Assembly: GCA_043814605.1 (NCBI GenBank)
Contig: JBDRJV010000016.1
Location: 16,218-80,217 of the forward strand
Source of the DNA: Candidatus Omnitrophota bacterium
GTDB lineage: Bacteria; Omnitrophota; Gorgyraeia; B26-G9
Length of the DNA stretch: 64,000 nt
Direction of reading: 5' to 3'
The notes under the pieces are model-generated. The model worked only from the letters and a program-made list of their open reading frames with translations. It was not told where the DNA came from and searched no databases. Positions 10,034-19,735 of the stretch are shown here, one piece after another. Position numbers and translations under genes: made by a program. Position 1 is the stretch's first letter. The number at the start of each line of letters is the position of its first letter.

Positions 10034-10654
10034 ATGAAAAAACTTGCGGTATTCTGCTCAGGATTCGGATCTAACCTTCAGGCAATCATTAATGCAATTA
10101 GTAAAGGGACTCTAAAAGCACAGATCAGACTTGTTGTTTCGGATAAGGTTGATGCTTATGCTTTGGTTCGTGCCCGCCGGGCGGGAATTGCCGTAATGTA
10201 TACTGATCCTGCGGAATTTAAAACTCGTGCAAGTTATGATTTAAATATTTTAAAACGTTTAAAAAAAGATAAAATTGATATTGTAATTTTAGCCGGGTAT
10301 TTAAGGATTATCAGCCCGAATTTTATAAAACATTACAGAAATAGAATCATAAATATCCATCCGGCATTATTGCCTTCCTTTAAAGGAGTCCACGGTATCC
10401 GTGATGCTTTGAATTATGGGGTTAAAGTTACCGGGGTTAGCGTGCATTTTGTCAATGAAGACTTAGATGCAGGCCCGCTGATATTGCAGCAGGCCATAAA
10501 AATTAAGGATAATGAAACACCAGAATCATTAGCCCGGCGCATACACTCTTTAGAACATAAACTATATCCGCAGGCAGTTAAATTATTAGTTGAGAATAAG
10601 CTGGTTGTGAGTAAAAGAAAAGTATTAATAAGAAAGCAAAACAGAAAAAAATGA
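10034..10654 (+). CDS. purN: Phosphoribosylglycinamide formyltransferase
   Basis: SGFGSNLQA, LAGY, NIHPALLPSFKG and DAGP motifs. Confidence 0.96.
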   Translation: MKKLAVFCSGFGSNLQAIINAISKGTLKAQIRLVVSDKVDAYALVRARRAGIAVMYTDPAEFKTRASYDLNILKRLKKDKIDIVILAGYLRIISPNFIKHYRNRIINIHPALLPSFKGVHGIRDALNYGVKVTGVSVHFVNEDLDAGPLILQQAIKIKDNETPESLARRIHSLEHKLYPQAVKLLVENKLVVSKRKVLIRKQNRKK

Positions 10655-12081
10655 GTGGCAAGGTAAACATTGAATTTGGAACTTCCGGATGGCGTGCAAT
10701 TATTGCCCGTGAATTTACTTTCGAAAACGTGCGCTTAATTAGCCAAGCCATTGCCGAATATTTAAAATCAAAATATCGTAGTCCCAAAGTAATTATTGGT
10801 TATGATACCCGGTTTCTTTCGGGAGAATTTGCCCAGGTTTGTGCAGAAATTTTAGCTAAAAATAAAATTAAAGTTTTACTTTCAGACCGCGATACCCCAA
10901 CGCCGGTTATTGCTTACCATATTATCGCAAGAAAATTTCAAGGCGGTGTAAATTTTACCGCGAGCCACAATCCCCCCGAGTATAACGGGATAAAATTTTC
11001 ACCCGCCTACGGCGGCCCTGCCCCGAAAGAAGTTACGCAGGAAATTGAAAAAAGAATTGCCCAATTACAAAGACAAAAGTCAAGACTGCAAAAAATCAAT
11101 AAGCTGCCTCTAGCCAAAGGGTTTATTGAATTATTTGATGCACGCTGCGGATATATTGAACGCATTAAAAAATTGGTGGATATTAAAAGCATTAAAAAGG
11201 CAAAACTTAAAATCGCTATTGATTGTATGTACGGGACAAGCCGTGATTATATTGATCGGATTTTAAAAGGAAATGTCCAAAAACTTGTTTTATTCAATGA
11301 TTATTTAAATCCGCTTTTCGGCGGTATGCCGCCAGAACCGGATAAGCCGTACATCGGAAAATTAATAAGACATGTTAAAAAAAATAAATTTCATTTAGGC
11401 CTTGGCTGTGACGGCGATGCCGATAGGTTTGGCATTGTCGATCAGGAAGGGGTATTTTTAAATCCGAATGAAGTGTTCACTCTTTTGTATTATTATCTTT
11501 TAAAAACAAGATGTAAAGCTAAAAAAGTTGCCCGGACATTAGCAACAACTCATATGATTGATGCAATTGCTAAAAAAGAAGGCATGCAGCTTATTGAAAC
11601 TCCGGTGGGATTTAAATATATCGGAGAGGCATTAAGTAAAGGAGATTGTTTGATCGGGGGAGAAGAATCCGGCGGAATATCGATTCGTAACCATGTGCCG
11701 GAAAAAGATGGAATCCTGACCTGCCTTTTGATTGCCGAAATGGTGGCGACCCAGAAAAAGCCTTTAAGGAAAATTCTTAGAAGTTTATATAAAAAATATG
11801 GGTGTTTTCTTACCGAGCGGATAAATTTTCATTTTACAGAAAAACAAAAAGCAGCATTACTGGAGAAAATAAACAAATTAGTTAAACAGGAAAATTTTGG
11901 AAAGTTTAAAATTAAATCTAGAAATCTAACCGATGGTTATAAATTTATTTTTGAACATGATTTTTGGGTTATGTTTCGTCCTTCTGGGACTGAGCCGGTA
12001 ATCCGATGCTATTTTGAAGCCGGTTCAAAAAATAAGTTAATGGCTTTGGCTAAAGAAATTAAAAAATTTGTTAAAGTTTAG
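10651..12081 (+). CDS. Phosphoglucomutase/phosphomannomutase
   Basis: FGTSGWR, TASHNP, DGDADR, GGEESG and RPSGTEP motifs. Confidence 0.95.
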   Translation: MSGKVNIEFGTSGWRAIIAREFTFENVRLISQAIAEYLKSKYRSPKVIIGYDTRFLSGEFAQVCAEILAKNKIKVLLSDRDTPTPVIAYHIIARKFQGGVNFTASHNPPEYNGIKFSPAYGGPAPKEVTQEIEKRIAQLQRQKSRLQKINKLPLAKGFIELFDARCGYIERIKKLVDIKSIKKAKLKIAIDCMYGTSRDYIDRILKGNVQKLVLFNDYLNPLFGGMPPEPDKPYIGKLIRHVKKNKFHLGLGCDGDADRFGIVDQEGVFLNPNEVFTLLYYYLLKTRCKAKKVARTLATTHMIDAIAKKEGMQLIETPVGFKYIGEALSKGDCLIGGEESGGISIRNHVPEKDGILTCLLIAEMVATQKKPLRKILRSLYKKYGCFLTERINFHFTEKQKAALLEKINKLVKQENFGKFKIKSRNLTDGYKFIFEHDFWVMFRPSGTEPVIRCYFEAGSKNKLMALAKEIKKFVKV

Positions 12082-12191
12082 CCAATTAACATTTGACTTT
12101 TTAAAAATTAAGTTGTATTCTTGTGACTAGATTGGCTGTCAAAATGCGCCAAAAAATATATTAAAAATATCGGTCCAAAAATAAGGAAGAT

Positions 12192-13055
12192 ATGAAAGCA
12201 AAATTATATCCCGTTTATATTTTTTTCACCTTTCTGTTTTTATCCTGTACTAATCTCTGTGCGCAGGAAGCTGTACAATTAAAATATGATTTTAAAATTG
12301 GCGAAAAAACAGAATATAAATTAAAAATAGAAGGGGACGTTACGGTTGAAATCAATACTCAAGCCGGTGAAGCAACTACGAAAAATTCCGCTAAAATGGA
12401 CGGAGTTTTCTTATATACGCATGAGATTGTAAAGGTTGATGAAGAAAATAAATCAGCGCAATTAAATGTGGTGTACGGAAAATCCTATATGAACACGGTT
12501 GTGCAAAATAATATTATTCCGAATAAAGATTTGGAACTCTTAGCAGGAAAAACGGCAAAAGTAACCTTAAATTCTAAAGGAGAAGTTAAAGATTATATTT
12601 TACCGAAAGATTTGCCAGGATCTTTGCAGAATGCAGATTTTAGAAAAATGTTTGTGGTTTTTCCGGAACATAAATTGCGTGTGGGAGAAAGTTGGATAAA
12701 AAGCGAGGAGAATGTAGATAATAAAAATGAAAATTTTAAAATAACAAATATTGTACAAAATACTTATACTTTTCTCGGGGTTGAAAAAAAGAAAGGTTAT
12801 GCTTGCGCAAAAGTAAAATTAGAAAGTAATACCAGCGGGATAACTGAGTCTAAAGATACGCAGATAATTGTTGAGGGAAAAGTCGAAGGAAACAGCGAAG
12901 GGATTATTTTTTATGATTTGAATAATGGGCGGGTAATTTATTCACAAATTAATACTAAAGTATTTAATAATACAAAAACACAAGAAAATAAGAATTCCGT
13001 TCCGGTGGTAACTAATGTCGATACAGTCATGACCGTAATCACCGAAATACTGTAA
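12192..13055 (+). CDS. Secreted hypothetical beta-rich protein
   Basis: Signal peptide; LKYDFKIGE and FPEHKLRVGESW motifs; AAGGA RBS. Confidence 0.7.
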   Translation: MKAKLYPVYIFFTFLFLSCTNLCAQEAVQLKYDFKIGEKTEYKLKIEGDVTVEINTQAGEATTKNSAKMDGVFLYTHEIVKVDEENKSAQLNVVYGKSYMNTVVQNNIIPNKDLELLAGKTAKVTLNSKGEVKDYILPKDLPGSLQNADFRKMFVVFPEHKLRVGESWIKSEENVDNKNENFKITNIVQNTYTFLGVEKKKGYACAKVKLESNTSGITESKDTQIIVEGKVEGNSEGIIFYDLNNGRVIYSQINTKVFNNTKTQENKNSVPVVTNVDTVMTVITEIL

Positions 13056-13062
13056 TTTTTAA

Positions 13063-14364
<1,302 letters not shown>

Positions 14365-14374
14365 CCGTAAAAAA

Positions 14375-14644
14375 ATGAAAATTAAGTTGTGGAAAATAGT
14401 TTTTTGGCTTATAATACTGATACTTATATTTTTTCCTACTTATTCGAAGATACAAAAGCTAAAAAGTAAAGATGAAGTTCTTTCTCAAAAGTTAGAGAAA
14501 TTAGTGCAGGAGAACGAAATATTATCACAAGAAATTCAAATGCTTAAAACAGACCCAGTATACATAGAAGAAATTGCCCGGGAAAAACTAAAAGTGGCCC
14601 GGGAAAATGAAATTATTTTTAGAGTTATTGATAATGACGAATAA
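14375..14644 (+). CDS. ftsB: Septum formation initiator (FtsB/DivIC)
   Basis: TM helix, coiled coil and YIEEIAREKL; follows eno as is typical. Confidence 0.85.
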   Translation: MKIKLWKIVFWLIILILIFFPTYSKIQKLKSKDEVLSQKLEKLVQENEILSQEIQMLKTDPVYIEEIAREKLKVARENEIIFRVIDNDE

Positions 14645-14990
14645 TAATATAAAGCCAAATGGTTTTAAAGTTGGTGATGTAGTAGAAGCTCAAGTAACAA
14701 AAATTCACAACTTCGGAGCTGTAGTTAAAATTGGTAATAATTTTCGCGGGTTAATTCATATTTCGCAGATATCCGATGACTTTGTGAAGAATATTAATGA
14801 TTATTTAAAAGTCGGAGATAAGGTTAAAGCCAGAATTAAGAAGATTAGTACTGATGGTAAAATCGATTTAACTTTAAAAACAAAGAAAAAGAATCTTGTC
14901 CCGGCAGTGAAAGAAAAAGAATTTAAATTTGCATCCTTAGAAGAGAAAATGGATGCTTTTTTAGAAAAAAATAATCAGGATCTTAAATAA
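14634..14990 (+). CDS. S1 RNA-binding domain protein
   Basis: VTKIHNFGAVV, GLIHISQIS, LKVGDKV and KIDLTLK motifs. Confidence 0.9.
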   Translation: MTNNNIKPNGFKVGDVVEAQVTKIHNFGAVVKIGNNFRGLIHISQISDDFVKNINDYLKVGDKVKARIKKISTDGKIDLTLKTKKKNLVPAVKEKEFKFASLEEKMDAFLEKNNQDLK

Positions 14991-15034
14991 ACTGATAAAG
15001 ATATATCCTGGTATAAATTTATGTCTTAAAATAT

Positions 15035-15111
<77 letters not shown>

Positions 15112-15239
15112 AATTATCAAACCGAAATAAAACTTCGAGAATAATGAATTTTTTATTCATATAGATTGATAAGCGCAATCTGTGTAATCAAGCTAAAATC
15201 TGTTCAATCCAAATAAAAATAAGAGAACACAATAAAATT

Positions 15240-16217
15240 ATGAAATTTAACGAAATTATTGACGCAAAGCATTGGCAAAATATTCAAAATCTTTTTTCCG
15301 CATTAATCGGAGTTTGCTTAAAGACAATAGATGAAAAAGGTGAAGTTATTGTGCGTCCTTCCGGAATGCCTAAAATTTGTTCAGAAATTATTCCCGAATC
15401 AGCGGATGCGTACAAAAAATGCTGCCAATGGTATCCGAAATTGGCAAATGGGCAAAAAAATGAAATGGATGAATTTTACAGTGAACATATTTGTCCTTTA
15501 GGATTAACAAACTTTGTTATTCCGGTTAAGCTCGAAAATATTGATACGGTTTATTTAATTGCGGGCCCATTAGTATTCAGAGACAGTAAAAAAGATGTAT
15601 CTTTTACTTCCCGGATCCAAGAATCAGGAGTGAATGAACAAAAATTTTTTGACGGGTTTAATCAACTGCCTGCGGTAAGCCAGACAAAAATTAAGGGAAT
15701 AGTTGAATTTCTTAGTTCAATCATGCTTTTTATGCAGCGTTTAAGCAGTTTTGAAGGGAAGTTTAATAAGGATAATTTTATTTTTGACAAAGTGACAATA
15801 GCTGCATTATTAAAAATTTTTTTAGATTTAGCAATGAAATTATGCCATGCCGAACGCGGTTCAGTTATGGTTTTTGAACAAAATTCCCAGTATTTAGAAA
15901 TCAATGATGCCCAAGGCTTACCGGAGGATGTTATTAAAAATACAAAATTAAAACCAGGGGAAGGATTAGCGGGATTGACCATAAAACAGAGAAAATCATT
16001 GTTTTTAAATGATGCGCTGAGTGATCGGGAAGTGCGTTTGCGGATGCATAGACCTAAAATTAAATCTGCTTTTGTTATTCCTGTTTTTCATAAAACTCAA
16101 GTTTTAGGAGTAATCAGTGTGAGTACTGCCAAGAGTCCGAATCGGTTTTCAGACGGGTTAATGGAGCTTTTGAATGAGCTTGTGGGTATGGCCTTAGAAA
16201 AAGTTTGTCTGGAATAA
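15240..16217 (+). CDS. PocR ligand-binding + GAF domain protein
   Basis: WQNIQNLFS...C...CPLGL..FVIPV...IAGP (PocR); ERGSVMV..GEGLAG..VIPV..LGVISV (GAF). No output domain. Confidence 0.8.
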   Translation: MKFNEIIDAKHWQNIQNLFSALIGVCLKTIDEKGEVIVRPSGMPKICSEIIPESADAYKKCCQWYPKLANGQKNEMDEFYSEHICPLGLTNFVIPVKLENIDTVYLIAGPLVFRDSKKDVSFTSRIQESGVNEQKFFDGFNQLPAVSQTKIKGIVEFLSSIMLFMQRLSSFEGKFNKDNFIFDKVTIAALLKIFLDLAMKLCHAERGSVMVFEQNSQYLEINDAQGLPEDVIKNTKLKPGEGLAGLTIKQRKSLFLNDALSDREVRLRMHRPKIKSAFVIPVFHKTQVLGVISVSTAKSPNRFSDGLMELLNELVGMALEKVCLE

Positions 16218-16317
16218 GTAAGGTAGAAGTAAGGTGAAGTAAGGTAGTACTTGATTTTTCATAAAAACTGTCTTAGAATAATCAAACAGTTTTCTTACTA
16301 ATGCAAAATTTACTTTT

Positions 16318-16679
16318 GACGGCATAGCGAAAGCCTGTAAATGATCCTGCCAAGGCGGGAGAATTAATCCCGCAAAAACGTAAGTTTTTGTCGGGAGTAG
16401 AGCAGAGAATCAGACCCGCTAAATGCGGGGAAGATTCTGTAAAAGCTCTTTAATTAATAAAAGTTTGTTAAAAATAAAAAAATGTGACGGCGTAGCGAAA
16501 GCCTGTTCAATGAAGCCGCAACTTATAGAACGCAGTGAATATAAGTTGGAGGCTGAATTAATCCCGCAAAAACGTAAGTTTTTGTCGGGAGTAGAGCAGA
16601 GAATCAGACCCGCTAAATGCGGGGAAGATTCTGTAAAAGCTCTTTAATTAATAAAAGTTTGTTAAAAATAAAAAAATGT
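16318..16679 (+). repeat. Two tandem units (168 and 194 bp) of hairpin-interrupted tRNA-Met 5' halves
   Basis: 136-bp exact repeat at 16361-16496 and 16555-16690; each unit starts GACGGCRTAGCgaaAGCCTG like the tRNA. Confidence 0.85.
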
Positions 16680-16756
16680 GACGGCGTAGCTCAGCCTGGT
16701 AGAGCAAACGGCTCATACCCGTTATGTCAGTGGTTCAAAGCCACTCGCCGTCACCA
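16680..16756 (+). tRNA. tRNA-Met(CAT), probably elongator (Ile2 not excluded)
   Basis: GACGGCG/CGCCGTC acceptor stem, anticodon loop CTCATAC, T-loop TTCAAAG, CCA. Confidence 0.93.
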
Positions 16757-16790
16757 AATAAAAAATCCCCTTTATGGGGATTTTTTATTT
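16757..16790. terminator. Intrinsic terminator after tRNA-Met (bidirectional)
   Basis: aataaaaaatcccc-tttat-ggggattttttatt. Confidence 0.85.
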
Positions 16791-16977
16791 GAAGGTGTGG
16801 AGAGTGAGATTTGAACCAAAAGGGAGATTATAAGAGGGAAGATTGTTCCCTCTTATCTGAGTTCTGGAACTTCCTGCGGAAGGAAGGGGAATATTCAGGG
16901 GAAAACATAAGGGTTTCCCCTTAAGGAGTGAGCGGACCGCAATCCCACCGTATTTTTTGGCGGGATGAAGGGGAGCG

Positions 16978-17005
16978 ACACGACGGTTCATATCCCTCGC
17001 CGTCA
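16978..17005 (+). repeat. tRNA-Met 3'-end-like direct repeat, copy 1
   Basis: acacgacggttcatatccctcgccgtca resembles the tRNA's ggttcaaagccactcgccgtca; identical copy at 17306-17333. Confidence 0.85.
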
Positions 17006-17305
17006 CGTTTTACTATTCACAGCAAATAAAAACTAACCTTATAAAATTCTGCTTATTTTCTAATAATTTATTCACTCGGGCTTACGCTGTCGAAAAACCA
17101 TCCATGGTTTACGACGTTTCGACGTCCTGCCAGCCTCGCCGCCACAGTGAGGTTGCCCTGAAGATGGCTAGGCGGGTCTTCACCCTCATGAATAAATTAA
17201 AGAAAATCACGCACAATTATCAAAAGGATTATTTTTTACTTGCTGTTCATATTACCGTCGTAATCGGTTTAAGGTTAGCGCGTGTCCGCCATGTTTTGTG
17301 GTGGA

Positions 17306-17333
17306 ACACGACGGTTCATATCCCTCGCCGTCA
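17306..17333 (+). repeat. tRNA-Met 3'-end-like direct repeat, copy 2
   Basis: 28-bp exact match to 16978-17005. Confidence 0.85.
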
Positions 17334-17439
17334 ATAAATATCTTTATTGACACAGTTGGGTTTATATGGTTTATTTAAATATAATGATTCAAAAAATTTA
17401 TAGTCAAAATTAATATAAAAAACTTATATAGGAGAAATA

Positions 17440-17925
17440 ATGGCAGAGGAAAGTAGGAGTCGGCAAGTAATTAAGTTTGCCGAAAGATTACCTAGCTTGC
17501 CTGACTTGTCTTTTAGGATAGGTAATTATAGGAAAGTTTATGGGAAAGCAAAATATTTTTATAAAAAAGAATGGAAGGGAAACGAGAAAAAATCACCAGC
17601 ATTTGGTAAAATAGTTAGAGCTACTTCACACGGATGGAATCATTTAGTAGGGAAAACAATCACAACTAATTATAAAGATGCAATAAAGAGATTAAATCAT
17701 TTGCCAAATGCTAAACAAATCATAGAAAGATCAGAAGTAATTTATGAAACAACTAAGGAAGTAGATAAGCGGGGATTAATTATTAATAGACATTGTTTAA
17801 TGGGAAAATTAGAAAATGGACAAATATTAAAAGTTGTAGTAAAAGAAATTGGAGAAAAATTAATTTTTAATACTGTATATAGTAGTGGGGAAATAAAAAA
17901 GATGGCAAAGAAACACGAGTTATAA
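17440..17925 (+). CDS. Hypothetical basic protein, possibly BECR-fold (PBECR/LPD3-like) nuclease
   Basis: AGGAG RBS; IVRATSHGWNHL..RLNHLPNAKQII..LKVVVKE..FNTV pattern. Fold assignment is tentative. Confidence 0.6.
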   Translation: MAEESRSRQVIKFAERLPSLPDLSFRIGNYRKVYGKAKYFYKKEWKGNEKKSPAFGKIVRATSHGWNHLVGKTITTNYKDAIKRLNHLPNAKQIIERSEVIYETTKEVDKRGLIINRHCLMGKLENGQILKVVVKEIGEKLIFNTVYSSGEIKKMAKKHEL

Positions 17926-18180
17926 ACTCGCAATAGGATTGAAACCTCATAATAGGTTCCTTCGCCATCCATTTAAATTATATCATAATAGTAAGATTTG
18001 TCAAGCTATGTTTAACTAGTTGAGAATAAAACGGTATCTTAATTGTTTACCTATAGTTAGAGATATGCGACAAGTAGTTAGATAGTTCAGAAGTGTATTA
18101 TTTATATTGCAAGGGATCGTAGAGTTATTATGTTATTTTATACAGTCTAAAAAATACTTTTAAATTGTAAAATAAAATAG

Positions 18181-18594
18181 GTGATCATAATGAATAAGTT
18201 TCAAAAGAGTATAAGATATTTCTTATTAAAATTATTGCAAGTTTTTGGTCTTGATTTTATTGCAGAAAATAAACAGCTTCATGATAGGAATGTTGACCTT
18301 GAAAAGCAAATAAAAGAGATTAAAAATCAAGCTTCTAATATTAAATTAAGTTATATATCAGAACGAGAATTACCAGTTGAGTTTAAACGCATTAAAGATA
18401 ATATATTACTCTCTCCAGAAAAAACCTCTTATTGCTGGAATTGTTATAATAAGCAAGAGGGAGGAGAGTTTAGGGTTTTATTTGGAGATGAATATTTTAA
18501 GCAATGTAAAGTATGTGGCATATACACTAGGATTAAAACAAATCTTAAAGGGTTACGTTCAATAGAGCCAGATAAAAATAATGATATTTTGTGA
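18181..18594 (+). CDS. Hypothetical protein with coiled coil and CxxC...CxxC zinc ribbon
   Basis: YCWNCY and CKVCG motifs; start may be ATG 18190. Confidence 0.6.
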   Translation: MIIMNKFQKSIRYFLLKLLQVFGLDFIAENKQLHDRNVDLEKQIKEIKNQASNIKLSYISERELPVEFKRIKDNILLSPEKTSYCWNCYNKQEGGEFRVLFGDEYFKQCKVCGIYTRIKTNLKGLRSIEPDKNNDIL

Positions 18595-18671
18595 TTTGAC
18601 AAAAAATAGAATTCTGTTAAAATTAAATACAAGAAATGGATTTTAAGACAAATTAAAGGGGGCAACTAATT

Positions 18672-18980
18672 ATGAATACAAGCGATATCCATAAACTTTC
18701 TGATTCGGAAATTGTCGAAGGGATCAGCCGCATGGCAGATACACCCATTGGCCAGGCATTACAGGCTGAATTAGTAAAAAGACAGACCCAGGCAGTTAAT
18801 ACTTTAGGATATAATGCTAGGGATTTAAGAAATGGCTTAGATGCATTAGGAAAATCATTAAAAACATATGGAATTGTATTGATGATTGCAGCTAGTTTAA
18901 TGGTTATTTGTGCTGGTATTGTAATATACTTAGTTTTTCAAGGCCAGGATACTTTAGCGCGCTTGCAAGAATATCTTTAA
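18672..18980 (+). CDS. Small membrane protein
   Basis: GGGGG RBS, upstream TTGACA promoter, one C-terminal TM helix. Confidence 0.65.
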   Translation: MNTSDIHKLSDSEIVEGISRMADTPIGQALQAELVKRQTQAVNTLGYNARDLRNGLDALGKSLKTYGIVLMIAASLMVICAGIVIYLVFQGQDTLARLQEYL

Positions 18981-19193
18981 GCTATTTAATTATAGTAAGT
19001 TATAAATTTTTTATCGGCTTGTAGTACATAAATTTAACCTATAAGCCGATATTTTTTTAAACAAAAATAAAGCTTTAATTTTATTATATTTTTTTGCAAT
19101 TTTTAGGGTTTTATTTTTATTAAAAGTTGTTGACTTTTTTATTAAAAATATTAAACTTGATAGTAGAGAGGGAAATAGTGCAGGAGGGGTATT

Positions 19194-19541
19194 ATGGAGA
19201 AAAAAACCAGAAAAAAGCAGTCTGTAGCAGAAATATGGGAAGAAGATATATTTGACTCATATTTAGAAGAAATGGATGAGTTGGTTAATAAGTATCCGGC
19301 AGATCCTAACAAAACAGATTTTGATGATAGAAAGCTAAATAAATTAATCAGGGAATTAGATCAAAACTGGTTTGCTTTTCAGAAAAAATGGCAGCATAAA
19401 TTAGAAGCCGCAGATAAGGTTTTTGGCGTAGGCAAAGTAAAAAAAGTAAAAGATGGCATGAGACACTTGATTATTAAAAGTGAGTTTTCCGGGGATGATA
19501 TCCTGGATTTGACGGTTCCTGATAATAAAACTAAAAATTAA
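19194..19541 (+). CDS. Hypothetical protein
   Basis: AGGAGG RBS; 115-aa charged ORF. Confidence 0.65.
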   Translation: MEKKTRKKQSVAEIWEEDIFDSYLEEMDELVNKYPADPNKTDFDDRKLNKLIRELDQNWFAFQKKWQHKLEAADKVFGVGKVKKVKDGMRHLIIKSEFSGDDILDLTVPDNKTKN

Positions 19542-19735
19542 AATTAACTTTCCAAATTTAAAACTTTCAGAGTTTTGATTTTAAAAATTTAAAAGAACCC
19601 TTCCTATTACTGTTATCCCATTCTATTTATTTAAGTTCATTTTATAATTTAGTTGATTTTTTTTATTTATATAGTAAAATTAACATAAATTTTAGCAGCA
19701 GAATTATATTAGTTAAAAGAAAGGAAAATATTTTT

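Noticed and set aside
16318-17333. Possible CRISPR array
   Set aside because: Only two long units and two 28-mers separated by 300 bp; no regular repeat-spacer periodicity and no cas genes in the window.
16423-17337. Short ORFs 16423-16647, 16617-16814, 16785-17006 and 17104-17337
   Set aside because: They overlap the tRNA, its repeats and hairpins, and show no protein-like motifs; they are by-products of GC-rich repeat DNA.
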